A DNA stretch of 62,738 bases, filler included, from 9 parts of 9 records of this genome joined end to end with filler, not necessarily neighbours in it; one strand, 5' to 3'. Positions 10,454-21,437 are shown, counted from the whole stretch's first letter. A program made the numbers and translations. Notes: a model not told the origin generated them from the letters alone.

Positions 10454-13400
10454 CTACAAGGCAGCGTTGAAGTGGGCAACGATGCCAACAGTCTGTCCAA
10501 GAACGAAATTCTCGCCGCCGATCTCCAGCAAGTCGCCGCCCACCACATCGCTAAAGGGCTCTCCATTCACCGTAACGCTGCCGATTGTACCCCAATCTGG
10601 CAGCGCGCGCAGGCGTAGCTTGATGAATTGCAGTGCGTTGTTGTCGCCGCTGTCAAATCGAGCTGCAGCGCCAACAGTAACGCTGGCCGCGAGGACGCGC
10701 GAGGCTGAGCTTGCACCAATCGAAAGGGAAACTGCGCCAAACACGGTCCCTGCAGATGACAGCGTGATATTGGCATCGTGAATCCAGTGCTGTGGAACGC
10801 CCCAAGCAATCGACAGGTTTCCGCGGAGATCCACTGATCGCTCGATCTCCTCAAACACGAGCAAGTCTCGCAGCAGCCGCAATTGCTGCGTGTCCGAGTA
10901 CAGATGTGGCAGCGTGTAGGCGTTGGATCCGTCCATCAGAGTACATTCGACCGAGCAGAACGTCGCACTCGACCCGAAGGCCATACTGGCATACAGTCCA
11001 GTGATCGCAGGGATCGGATCCCCTTGTTTTAGGCGGTGGTGCCAGTAGCCCTGCGCAGACGGCAGTACACCTAAGCATGAGGGTACCTACACAGGTGTGT
11101 ACATAGGTGTACCTACATAGGTGTATGCGTGGTCCATCCCAAGTGCTTTTCCTGGCAGCGGCGGATCAGCAGCAGGTGGTGGATGACGTGGCATGACGGC
11201 AGTTGCTGCTGATCGCCCAGGCTTGGCACCTGTCGTGGTATCTGCAGAAGCAGAGCTCAATCTACCCCAGGCTTTGGGGGTGTCAAAGCGCGCCGCAGAG
11301 GTGCCAGGAACCAGACCGTCGGCATCTGCACTCGGACACACAGCAAGGGGCAGGTATTAACATCCGAAAACCATCAAAACCACTCCACGAGTCCGTGCGC
11401 AGGCAAAACAGAACTCACCCTCGATAAACTGCCAAATCAAGTCGCCTTCGGTGGAATCGCGGTCGAAAAAGTCTGCTTCAAGCAGGTTCGAACCTGTAAG
11501 AACGTAGTAGTTGCGGGCTGTATTGTTTCCCGCCTTGACGAGTTCGGATGTAGATGGGAATATTGGTACAGTACGTAGCCCTGTGGGAGTGGTTACCACA
11601 CTTGCTCTCATCGACGCTTCTACATCCTTCCTGTACGCTGCCGCTTCCTTAAACACCAACGATGGGTCCAGCTGGCTTCGTCGGGCGGCATCAGGTGCAG
11701 CATGCAGCGCGCGGGCGATCGCCTCGAGACCAAGGACGAGGTATGTGTCGGACAGATACGAGTATGTGGGTGCAGGATGATCACAGTATGGCCGGTAGAA
11801 GATCAGCCCGTAGATCGGCGACCCTACAGTCTGGTTGGCCATTGAAGCTAGTCGCTCGGTGCGGATCCAGCTCACCATTCGTTTGATCACAGATGCCTTG
11901 GAGGCTAACCACGTCACGTCGCGGCTGGTCAACACATAGTCACTGATAGCCAACAGAAGCGCGCCATGGTCTGGCAGCCCGAAGTTAAGCGTGAACAGCC
12001 CGTCTGGCTTGGTCATTGCGAGCATAGAGTCGATATACGACACAGCGTGATCGGGGTAGCCGTAGCGTGCAAGCATGGATGAGTAGAGCGCGGCAGAATA
12101 ACCGTACACTGCCTCGTAGAAGAGAATGCCGTCCTGAGGGTACAGCAGGTCGGTGTCATTTGGACCCTGCCCTGCCCCACGCCGCACGTGTAGGAAGGAG
12201 TTGGCGATCCACGCTCTCGAAGCCGTCGCTACTCTACTCTCTACGATCTCTGGCACGGACGCGCTTGCCAACTTCGTCTTCCAGTAGCCAGCGGTCACGC
12301 TGAGATTGCTCGCAAAAACCGAGGGTGAAATCATTTGAGGTCGTCCAACGCGGTCGGCTACGTCTACAGCAGCAGCAAAGGTCAGCGTGCTGGCGCCTGC
12401 TCTCAGCGGTCGCGCTGGCCAGTGTAGTGCTGTCGCACTGCTCCGAGTCAGCGTCGCTGCCACGCTCAAGCCACTGGCCATACCATACACAGATCCTTCA
12501 ACCAAAGAGACTTCGAGCTGCATGTAGACAATCAGGGCCGAGGTCGATGACATGCCCTCGGTCGCTGCGAAGACCGTCTGCTTCAACTTGAGGGACTGTT
12601 TGATATCGTTGGTGAGGTTCTGCGCATGGTTCGTGGCCACAACGCAAACTGGCATTTCTTCGACCTCGGTAGCAGTAGAGATGCCAAGCTCTTCCCCATG
12701 CCTCAGCAAGCGACAAACGCCGCCATTGTCGATGCAGTCACATGTTGCGTGCGACAGCGTGCCAGAGCCCGTACAGTTCGAGCGACACTGGGCTGTGTTT
12801 GGACAGCCGGAACAGATATCAGGCCGCTCGCAAAACTTGGTGGTCGTCGGCGTCTGCGCGCTGCAGTACCAGCCAGCGCAATCATTTCCGTACTCCGTCC
12901 AAGTGTGCTTTGTGCATGTTGGGTGGCTCTGGCAGCCAAGTGTATGCCCCGGAATCAGGCAGCACAGGCCACTAACAGTCTTGCAGTCCTCCACTTTGGC
13001 GCCAGCTTCACTTTGACAGCAGTACCACCCAGCGTCATCGTTCCCATACCGGTGCGGGGCGTCAGCCGGACACATGCGCGCCATTTCGGCGCAAGAGTTT
13101 TGCTTGGCAGGGTCGTGGTGGAGTGCAGTGCCCCGACCGCTCACAGGAGCTGGTGGTCCAGTGGCGACCACGATCGGCGCGAATCCGACCAGTGCTCTGC
13201 TGCTGGAGTGGGAACAATTCAGACCGAAAGTGACGTTTGCGCGGCTGCCTCCACTGTACAGCTCCAAGGCGAAGAATGCAGAGCCAACGGTCGATGGTTC
13301 CGTTGTGCAGGATCCGCCGGTGGAGCTGCAAGCCGGCGGTTCAGTGGGAAACACAACGGTACAGATCGGGTCGTCCTCTTTCGCCTTCTCCAGTGCTGCG

Positions 13401-13570
13401 GCGGCTGCGTGGTCCACGACTCCGAGCCCCTCGCGAGAGTGCGCCAGAAGCGGGTAGAGTGAGGAGACCGAGGACCAGTTGGGGTCGTAACCGGTCGCCA
13501 GCGACGGCAGCAACGTGCCAAGCAGCAGCAGGGCAGCGGCGGTGGCGACTCGTGCGCGCTCCATCTGCAT
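10454..13570 (-). CDS. Secreted six-hairpin (alpha/alpha)6 glycosidase-like protein with Cys-rich insert, ~985 aa, 3 exons
   Basis: Signal peptide (AAALLLLGTLLPSLATG). Exons 13570-11419, 11325-11117, 11050-10454 join in phase to give ..GMDHAYTY|GYWHHRL..; helical segments DHGALLLAISDYVLTSRDVTWL, SDTYLVLGLEAIA and LLRDLLVFEE resemble six-hairpin glycosidases. GH family not assignable. Confidence 0.6.
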
Positions 13571-14007
13571 CGTCGCAGTATCGGGCGCACCCCGGGGGTC
13601 CGGCGCGCGGTCGCGCCGCGCCGCACGTTACAGGCATTCATTGCTATATGGTACAGCTGTACTCGGACCCCTGTTGATATCTCAGAATTCCTCCTGTCAG
13701 TCTCACGCAATTTAATGATATGTATATGTATGTAGATTACTATGAGTAATTATATAATTATGTACGAGTTTACGGGTCAGGATTCAGAGGATCCAGGTGG
13801 TGAGGCTGGTGCAGACCGGGTTCAGAGAAAGTGCCCCGGTTCTGAAGATAATGAATGTGATCGTGATCGTTTAGACAACTATGGTAGGACCTACAGACAG
13901 CTAGCGCAGCTTGGTCTTGTCCTCTCTATTATCGACGTTGCCTTGCAGGCTGCCACGTACCAGGTATGAACATACTATTGATTTTGTTACTTAGTGCCCA
14001 AATCATA

Positions 14008-14440
14008 TTATAGAAAACACATTCTGTTGACACGGACGCTCAGGATGTTGCTGGCGCGCGAGAATGTTAAATTTGTTCGTTCCCCCGGAACCAGGGCAGG
14101 TGCATGCTCGCTGTTCGTCGGTATGTGTAGTCCAGCCGCACAACGGCCCTCACCATCTGGCTGCGTACACGTAGTGAACCACGAGTCGATTCCCACATGA
14201 TTCTGTTCGCCAGCACTGGAAAAGAACACGACCGAGGCTGCTGTGTCCCCTACAGTCTCCAGCGCAAGAGACACAGTGACTGTAAAATCTTCTGTGCCTG
14301 TGGCGTGCATGACCTCCACATAGTGATCCAAGCCACTGCAAACGAAGCTATCGTCTGTTTCGTTGCGGCCGAAGCAAGAGCCCACCACGCTAAGGCGGGG
14401 CGCGCGCGTGTTGACACGAGCCCGCGCGGCGGCGGCTATG
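14008..14440 (-). pseudogene. Orphan coding-like fragment (beta-rich extracellular-type segment) without a convincing start or splice context
   Basis: ~130 stop-free codons (..GLDHYVEVMHATGTEDFTVTVSLALETVGDTAASVVFFSS..) in GC-balanced DNA between AT-rich flanks; only a non-ATG or dubious start. Confidence 0.3.
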
Positions 14441-14593
14441 GTACTCAGATTGTATGTAAAAGAAATATGGCACCACCCTGAAAACAGAAACATTCCACAG
14501 CTACACGTTCGCCGAAGTTTGGGGTGGGACAAACGAAGAGAGTGTCGCGAAGGTGTTTGACTTCTTCACCACCAAGCACTTCTTGGAGGACCT

Positions 14594-14740
14594 AGGAGTT
14601 TCAACGCAATATACACTGAAACTCCTGGAGTAGCCTCTGAATAACTGAAACTCCTGACCAGCCCCTCCCTGTAGAGAGAAAAAGAGGGCGCAGCGTGAGA
14701 CTCTTCTACGCGTGAGACTCTTCTAGAGTCTCACGCTGCG
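14594..14740. repeat. Two hairpin-plus-duplicated-arm repeats
   Basis: AGGAGTTTCA (14594-14603) pairs with TGAAACTCCT present twice (14617, 14646). CGCAGCGTGAGACTC (14689-14703) pairs perfectly with 14726-14740, with GCGTGAGACTCTTCTA duplicated at 14693 and 14710. Confidence 0.85.
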
Positions 14741-14940
14741 TGAGGCGGCGTCCGGAAGATGTCCTCGCTCTGTAACAAATTCGTTCAGACACCAAGATCA
14801 ATCAAGCTCCGGAGTTTATTAGAAAGGACCAAAAAAACACACACAGAGACACGATCTAGATATACCGTAGATCTACTTAGGTACCGGTACCCGCTCGCCC
14901 GGGCGCGCGAACGGCGGCGCGTGCGTCATCTATGCTATCG

Positions 14941-14960
14941 GCGCGCGCGCGCGCGCGCGC
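14941..14960. repeat. (GC)10 alternating tract upstream of the GH130-like gene
   Basis: Directly read; potential Z-DNA former. Confidence 0.9.
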
Positions 14961-15113
14961 TGTTCGCGCCGCGTGCGTGGCGGGTAGGCCCTGGCAGCTC
15001 AAGGTGGGAGCAACCTGGCCTGCGTGGTCAGCGAGTCTGGAGGGCTGACATCAGCAAAGCCACCGATGAGGGCAGCAGCGCAGTGTACAATGGCCGGATC
15101 CATTCCAGAACGA

Positions 15114-16695
15114 ATGACGACTGTGGTTTTACACCTGTTCGCGCTGCTCGTTGCCGCTGCCAGTACCGCTACTAAGGAGCCCTCAGCACATTTTTTCGCG
15201 ACGCCACGTGACGGCGTGCCACGCAGGTACACTGTCACCGTGGCGTCGCGAGAGACCACGCCGGTCCTATCCCACACCAATTCAAAGAGTGACGGCGCCT
15301 CGCCCTGTGCTGACACCTTCAACCCGTCGTATATCCCCGCCAGTGCTGGCTTGACGACGCCTGGGCTACTGCTCCGTTTGGCCGGCTGCAACTGCAGCAC
15401 TATGCCCGAAGGAGAGCATATAGGGTTTGCGCCGTGCGACCTCAAGTCTGGCAAGTGTGGTGACGTGGTGGAAGACTTCAACTTTGGGGACGGTGACCAG
15501 GACCCGAGGGCATTTTTCTGTGAAAACCACACACCCGGATGCACTGCCGGCTATTACTACAATTTCTACTACGGTCAAGCTGGGTCCGGAGGTCCGCCGT
15601 GCGCTGGGCATCTGTGCACAGTATCGCTGAAGCGCACCAGGACTCCCTTGAATGCCTCCTCGTGGGAGTTCGTTGCCACCTTGCCGTGGCACCGAAATGG
15701 TTGTTGTATCCGGCGCAAGACGCCGCCACACTACTGCATATTTGGGGAGGGTAGCTCCCGCAAGTTCCAGCAGCAGTTTAGTTCTGCTGGTCCGTGGCCT
15801 ATGGCGGGTTTGGGAATGGCTACTACGATGGACTTTGATAGCGGTGTGTTCAACTACACCAATTGGACAGGAGTGTGGCACGGGCTGGGCAGCGAGTACG
15901 GGGAGAGTGGTGCATGGCTCGACGCAATGGGGCCAGGGAATTTCGAGGCGAAGCTCGAAGCAGGAACGCGCCCGGTCGAGCTTTCGTCAGGTGATTACAT
16001 ACATTTCTATGCGGCTGTGGCTTGCAACTCGTATGTCAAAAGAGGCAACTACACTGTCGGTGCGTCGATTTTTTTACTGCTATGCTGTCTTGAGCTGCCA
16101 CAACGAGCATTTGCTTGAGTTGTGGCCGCATTTCGGCCGCAGGTTGGATGGTGCTAGACAGAACCGACCCGTCCCATGTGATCCAGCGCTCTACTGGTGG
16201 GAAAGCCACGTGGCCTGTTTGCTACAAATTGCTCTGGGTGCCCACTGCTTGCGTGCTGCCACAGCGATCCCTCCGTTTGCTTTCCACATGGCAACACTGC
16301 CGTCGACACCACGACTAATGCGCCGATGGTACACTGTACTACCTTGCAGCGCACTTGATGGAGCCATCTTCTCAGTTTGAGTCGCTATGCGACGCGAAAG
16401 GTGCCACTCCTCCGCAGGACTGCAAGTACTCGGTGAGTTAACACGACATTTCGAAATGATCTATGGTTTTCGAATCGTGGTGGGCTGACGCCAATTTGGA
16501 ACACCTGATTTCTATGAATAGGGAGAACGGGCGCACGTGATTTTCATTTCTTCAGCCGACAAGCTGCCCAGTTCAGCAGTTAGCGAAAATGGCGTAAAGG
16601 TGGGTGCTGATATGATCCGGGTATTCTGGGGCGGCGGTGATGGCTCTGTTGGGACTGGCATCATCTCGGTGAATATGGAGTCATCAAGTGGATGA
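15114..16695 (+). CDS. Secreted five-bladed beta-propeller glycosidase, GH130/DUF377-like, ~418 aa, 4 exons
   Basis: Signal peptide MTTVVLHLFALLVAAASTA. Exons 15114-16059, 16143-16196, 16350-16432, 16522-16695 in phase. Motifs FNPS, DQDPR, LEAGTRP, YTVGWMVLDRTDPSHVIQRS, VIF, FWGGGD. Confidence 0.7.
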
Positions 16696-17147
16696 GCAAT
16701 CTTTGTGCGTGACGTTCGAGGTTATCATTAAATCTCGTTTACTTGCGTCCAGGCGTACACCCACGAGCAGTGCCCCAAATGCTGCCGCGTGTCTGACGAG
16801 CAGTGTCGGCATGTCGCATCGAGCGGATGTGATGCCGCGGAGGATCCGGTGGGGGCACCCAACTTGTGACAGTCATTGCAAAAAATGTACCGGTACCGAC
16901 GGTAGGATCCTACTCGTGTAAGTTGAAAGCCCCTTGGGCTCTCAAGCAATGCGCCTACGCACGCTAGCGCGCGCGTAGACTAATAGAGGCAGAGCTGCAG
17001 GAGCAGCTCAACCTTCTCGATGGCGACGTTGGTCGCCGCGGATCCAANNNNNNNNNNNNNNNNNNNNNNNNNNNNNNNNNNNNNNNNNNNNTTAATTAAT
17101 TAANNNNNNNNNNNNNNNNNNNNNNNNNNNNNNNNNNNNNNNNNNNN

Positions 17148-17174
17148 GGCATAAGGCCCTTATGCCCGGTGTCA
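17148..17174. repeat. Palindromic repeat, left contig end (GGCATAAGGCCCTTATGCCCGGTGTCA)
   Basis: Self-complementary core; near-exact reverse complement of 20909-20935. Confidence 0.85.
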
Positions 17175-17291
17175 TGCCGGTAGTGTGATGTGTACTGCAA
17201 TGACTGTCCCCAAAAGTCATCCTATGACTGCTTCCGATGAGCGACTAACAGGTACGCGTATCGTACCTGCTTCCCATCGGGGAAGCGAGCT

Positions 17292-20200
17292 CTATCTCCG
17301 ACCCCTCCCTCCCCTCCCTCCTTTACCTCCACCCCTCCCTCGTCCGCGTCCGCCGCGGCCGCCACCGCCGCCACCGCCGCCTCTCCCACTGGGATGATGC
17401 GCTTGCCGTCTCCCAGCCCCCCGATTGGCACCACGCCCGAACGCTCCTACACCATTGCCACCTGCTCGCTCCTCCCGTCCGAAAGCGTTGTTAGGTGAAT
17501 CCTCTCGACTGCCTGAGACTCGGTTGCGCTTCTCTTTCTTGGAGTCACCATGGTCTTTCATGGAGACGCCGGAAGCCACCCGTGCATCCTGAGTTACCCA
17601 GGGAGCGCTAAAGTTACGACGGGAAGCCAGTGTGGGAAGGCAGTGTGGCAAGGAAAGTTTCTGTCTAACTGCACAGCATGCAATACTCACGCTTGAGGCT
17701 TGAAACAGGTTGGTCTTGCCGTCCTTCAGCGCGTCGCTTTTCAAGGCTTTTGCCGCCGCCTTCTCAGCCTTGGTCTTCCGTACCTTGGGAGCATCGTACT
17801 CAACGTCGTACTTGTCGCGCTCCTTCCGGTGCTGGCGCCCAGATTGCTCGTACTGCTGCTTTGCCACCGCGGCCGCCACCTGGCGACCAGTTGGTCCCAG
17901 CCCCTTGCTGTTCTGTTCCCACGTGTCGACTCTCGGCCCTGACATCGCCGCAGCGCGGGCCGCCTGGGCCTCCGCTTCTGCGTGCGCGGCACGTGCGCGT
18001 TCAGCGTATACAGCCGTGGCGGCGGCGCGCGCAGCCGCCACCGCGTCTACTGAACCTGGCTCAGCAGTTGTCCGCAGCGCCCGCACCCTGACCGGTTTGG
18101 CCGCTGGCCAGTCCATCTCTGACGTGAATTGCTGCAACTTCGCGGTGTGTACGAGACGTGCCCTTTCACCATCCGTAGTACGGACGATCGGTCGGATTGC
18201 AACCACCCCACCCATGCCCAAATCGTGAGTGTAGCCACGGCGCTTTGCAGACGCACGAGCTGCCTTGCTAGCAGCTATTGAGAGAGGCTGTCGAGGTTTG
18301 CCCTCGTCTGTGTTTGCAGCTTGAGTATCGGCTCTTGGCGGCGTAGCTGTGCATATGCTATACCGCAGTGCATGACGAGCACGAGATGTTGTGGCACGCG
18401 CGCGCTTGCGTTGCTTGCGGCTGGTGACCCGCACCAAAGCACACTTGTCGCCACCGTCTCTTGCTTCTGAGCTCGAAGCCTCTCCTCCAGCCACAGCAAC
18501 AGCAACAACCTTGTCAGCTGCGCCTTCATCGTCCTCACTCAGGTCTACATCGCTGCTTTCCACATCATCGCCACCTGCTGCTGTCCCACCTGCACGAGCC
18601 GCTTTTGCTGCTGCGAGCGAGTTCTGGTTGCGCAGGTATTCAACGGCGTTGTTGCGGAGACCAACAGCTCTCTTCCGACCGAGTACGAAGTTTGTCTCCA
18701 TGACCGGGTGCCACGTAAACGTTTGGTCTGGCTCCAGGCTGTCTATCGGCTGTCGCTTGAGAACCGTTCGGCCATCATCGATACTAGAGCCAGACTCGGA
18801 GTCTGAGTCACTCGAAGATAGCGTTCGCCGACGTTTTCGTTTTGCATCCTCGGCCTCCTGCTGTGCTTTTGCTGCGGCAGCTGAGCGCTCTGCTGAAGCC
18901 TCTTGCTCGGCTCTACTGGCTGGGGCTGGTGGCGTCCAGCCTTCGCGCTTGTAAAACAACAGATAGGCCTGCTGCTGAAGTACAGTCGCCTTCTTTACTT
19001 GGCTCACGTCCTCGTCATCCATCTGAAACCACATCTGATTCGGCGCTTTAACGTACGCGATGTAATGCCCAGAGTGAACCGAATAGCCATGATGCACGAC
19101 CACGCCGCAAAGTGAAAAGACTCCTTGCTCCGCCCCTCCCATCGCTGTGCCTTCGAGCAGAGAAGACGCCGAAACGCCGCTACGCTCGTTTGCCTCGTCG
19201 CGCTTTCTCTTCTTCTTTAACGCCCTCTTCTCCTTCTTGCTGAGATTGCTTTCGTCTGGTTGGTTGTCGATAGCAGTAGACGTGAAGCGGCCGAGGTCTA
19301 GTACCGCCGGAAAGCTGATTTGTTTGTTAATCTTCTGGCCCATACCTCCCCCCGCCCAACCCATCAACCCACCACCACCTCCGAATCTCTTGAGCTGCAC
19401 CGTCAAAAGCTTTGGAAGCGTGTGCAGCGTCAGCCGCTTAGCAGCATCAACGAGCATGTCGCATTTCTCACACCGGTACTGGTTATCGCCATCCAACTGC
19501 TCGACCGCAGTGAAGTTTTGCATTGCGCGATCGATCGAGTCGGCCTTCTTTGCAATCTCCAGCGACAGATCGAGGTATGCCTCGTACTTGTTTGAGCAGT
19601 GTCCACAGCGCTTGCACTTGACCTGCGAGCGTAGGTGGCCACCGAAGAGAGAGTGCACGGCGGTCGTCTCCTGAATACGACGTGGCTGCTTCGGCGCCGC
19701 CATGCGCAGGCACGCCTTCTGCATCGAGTCTAGTAAGCAGCGGAGGAACTCGTGGGCGTCCTCCTGCCGCCCGCGCCGGAACTGCCTGCCCATCGTGCGC
19801 ACATTGAGTACCATAGCCTTCGGGCGAACGGTGTCCCGAGCTCGGCCACCCCGCAGCGTGCTCGCCAGGCGTTCCAGCTCGCAGAACGCGCAAAAACCGA
19901 CGGTGCTGCAGTTCCTGCTGTGGTGGCCCGACTGCATGTAGTTGGCAAGGATCGGGCAGCACAGCAGGCACTGCAGCGTCGAGTTCAAGAAGCAGGAGTT
20001 ACCGAGATTTTCGAGCCCCGGTGTCCCTCCACGCGTACGCTCCTTCCAGTCCGGCTCGAGCTGGGATTCCACAAAGAGTTTCTTGGGCTGCTCCACCTCC
20101 TCCAGCTGCCCAGTGTCAGGTGCTTCCTCCTCCACCTGATCTGCGGCGGCATCGCTCGAGGCGTGGACATCGACCCAGCTCTGCCCTAGGTACTGCTTCC

Positions 20201-20312
20201 TCAGGTCCTCGTATCCAGCGTCGCCTTTCCGCGCCGGGTGGTACTTGATCGTGCGCTCGAGCAGCTTCTCCACCTGCCCGCTGCTCATCGGGTGCTGCGG
20301 CTTGTGCGCCAT
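17292..20312 (-). CDS. Ubiquitin-specific protease, USP36/USP42(UBP23)-like, with RGG tail
   Basis: Cys box GLENLGNSCFLNSTLQCL, QEDAHEFL, His box HHGYSVHSGHYIAYVK, WFQMDD; C-terminal DKYDVEYD..KVRK..NLFQ typical of this subfamily; probable in-frame intron 17589-17690 (GTGAGT..CAG). Confidence 0.88.
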   Translation of the reverse strand: MAHKPQHPMSSGQVEKLLERTIKYHPARKGDAGYEDLRKQYLGQSWVDVHASSDAAADQVEEEAPDTGQLEEVEQPKKLFVESQLEPDWKERTRGGTPGLENLGNSCFLNSTLQCLLCCPILANYMQSGHHSRNCSTVGFCAFCELERLASTLRGGRARDTVRPKAMVLNVRTMGRQFRRGRQEDAHEFLRCLLDSMQKACLRMAAPKQPRRIQETTAVHSLFGGHLRSQVKCKRCGHCSNKYEAYLDLSLEIAKKADSIDRAMQNFTAVEQLDGDNQYRCEKCDMLVDAAKRLTLHTLPKLLTVQLKRFGGGGGLMGWAGGGMGQKINKQISFPAVLDLGRFTSTAIDNQPDESNLSKKEKRALKKKRKRDEANERSGVSASSLLEGTAMGGAEQGVFSLCGVVVHHGYSVHSGHYIAYVKAPNQMWFQMDDEDVSQVKKATVLQQQAYLLFYKREGWTPPAPASRAEQEASAERSAAAAKAQQEAEDAKRKRRRTLSSSDSDSESGSSIDDGRTVLKRQPIDSLEPDQTFTWHPVMETNFVLGRKRAVGLRNNAVEYLRNQNSLAAAKAARAGGTAAGGDDVESSDVDLSEDDEGAADKVVAVAVAGGEASSSEARDGGDKCALVRVTSRKQRKRARATTSRARHALRYSICTATPPRADTQAANTDEGKPRQPLSIAASKAARASAKRRGYTHDLGMGGVVAIRPIVRTTDGERARLVHTAKLQQFTSEMDWPAAKPVRVRALRTTAEPGSVDAVAAARAAATAVYAERARAAHAEAEAQAARAAAMSGPRVDTWEQNSKGLGPTGRQVAAAVAKQQYEQSGRQHRKERDKYDVEYDAPKVRKTKAEKAAAKALKSDALKDGKTNLFQASSVSIACCAVRQKLSLPHCLPTLASRRNFSAPWVTQDARVASGVSMKDHGDSKKEKRNRVSGSREDSPNNAFGREERAGGNGVGAFGRGANRGAGRRQAHHPSGRGGGGGGGGRGGRGRGRGGGKGGRGGRGRR

Positions 20313-20325
20313 GTCGATGTCCTAC

Positions 20326-20410
20326 GAGAGAGGCAGAGAGTTCGACAGAGGGGCAGAGACAGAGCGACAGAGACAGAGCGACAGACAGACAGACAGAGCG
20401 ACAGAGAGCA
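20326..20410. repeat. GA/GACA-rich microsatellite in the USP 5' leader
   Basis: Imperfect GAGACAGA/GACA units read directly. Confidence 0.8.
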
Positions 20411-20908
20411 CGCAGCCTCAGCAGCGCAGCCAGCCTGCCTGCTAGCCGCACCCTCTCAGTCTCACGGCGTCGGCGGTGGCTCGACGCTCGTCGTCGGCGC
20501 GGTCACTCGCGCGCCGCTGCCTCGACTTAGTCTTAGAGACTCCGTGCCTGCGCTGGCGCGCGACGGCCCCGCACGGACATTTTCAATTTCCGACACGCGA
20601 CAGAAATCATGCACGCGGTACTGTACTGTGTACAGTACATGTGTACACATGTACCGTATGCACAGAAATTCTTGACGCTGGCACAGCGGTTTAGGATCCG
20701 CCCGGGCTGAGGAACGGGGATTTGGATTTTCAGGTGAATCCCGGCGCTTGACCGCGACCGCGCACCTTTTCGCGCGCGGCGGTGCGCGCGCACGCGCGCG
20801 TGCACGCACATGGCGAAGTCTGCTGCGCGTCGTGCTGCGGCGAGTGGCACTGCTGGACTGGCTGTTGCCGTGCTGGCAGCGCTTGCGTCCGCCCATCTGC
20901 GATACGTT

Positions 20909-20935
20909 TGACACCGGGCATAAGGCCTTATGCCC
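20909..20935. repeat. Palindromic repeat, right contig end (TGACACCGGGCATAAGGCCTTATGCCC)
   Basis: Contains the perfect 20-nt palindrome GGGCATAAGGCCTTATGCCC. Confidence 0.85.
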
Positions 20936-21437
20936 NNNNNNNNNNNNNNNNNNNNNNNNNNNNNNNNNNNNNNNNNNNNTTAATTAATTAANNNNNNNNN
21001 NNNNNNNNNNNNNNNNNNNNNNNNNNNNNNNNNNNACCACCACCACCACCACCACCACCAGCAGCGCCACCCAAGCCACGCAGGCTGCGATTGCTGAGCG
21101 GCGCAAGCTCGAGAATGCAGCCGGTAGCAGGCTGCTCAGGATTCATCATGCAATCCACACTCTCCTGACTCAGGCTCAGCATCCCACGCCGGCCGCGATA
21201 CTGGGAAATTGGCCGATAAGAGAGTCCCGGCTGCTCACCCTGAGCAAATTCTAAAATGGACGGATTTTGACTGGAGGGGGTCTTTTCTTTAGTGAAATTC
21301 ATTGACTGGCCAATTCACTGTGACCCAGAAATCCTAATCGGCCGCCGCCGGCCCGCGTGGAGTTGTGTGATCTGCAGCAGTTGGTCGCCGCTGATTTGAC
21401 CGCCCCATACAACTGACCTGGGGCGATACCGGCTGGG

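Noticed and set aside
21036-21182. Minus-strand ORF running into (GGT)n at the contig edge; similar stubs at 10244-10381 and 16980-17047
   Set aside because: Too short and truncated to support as genes.
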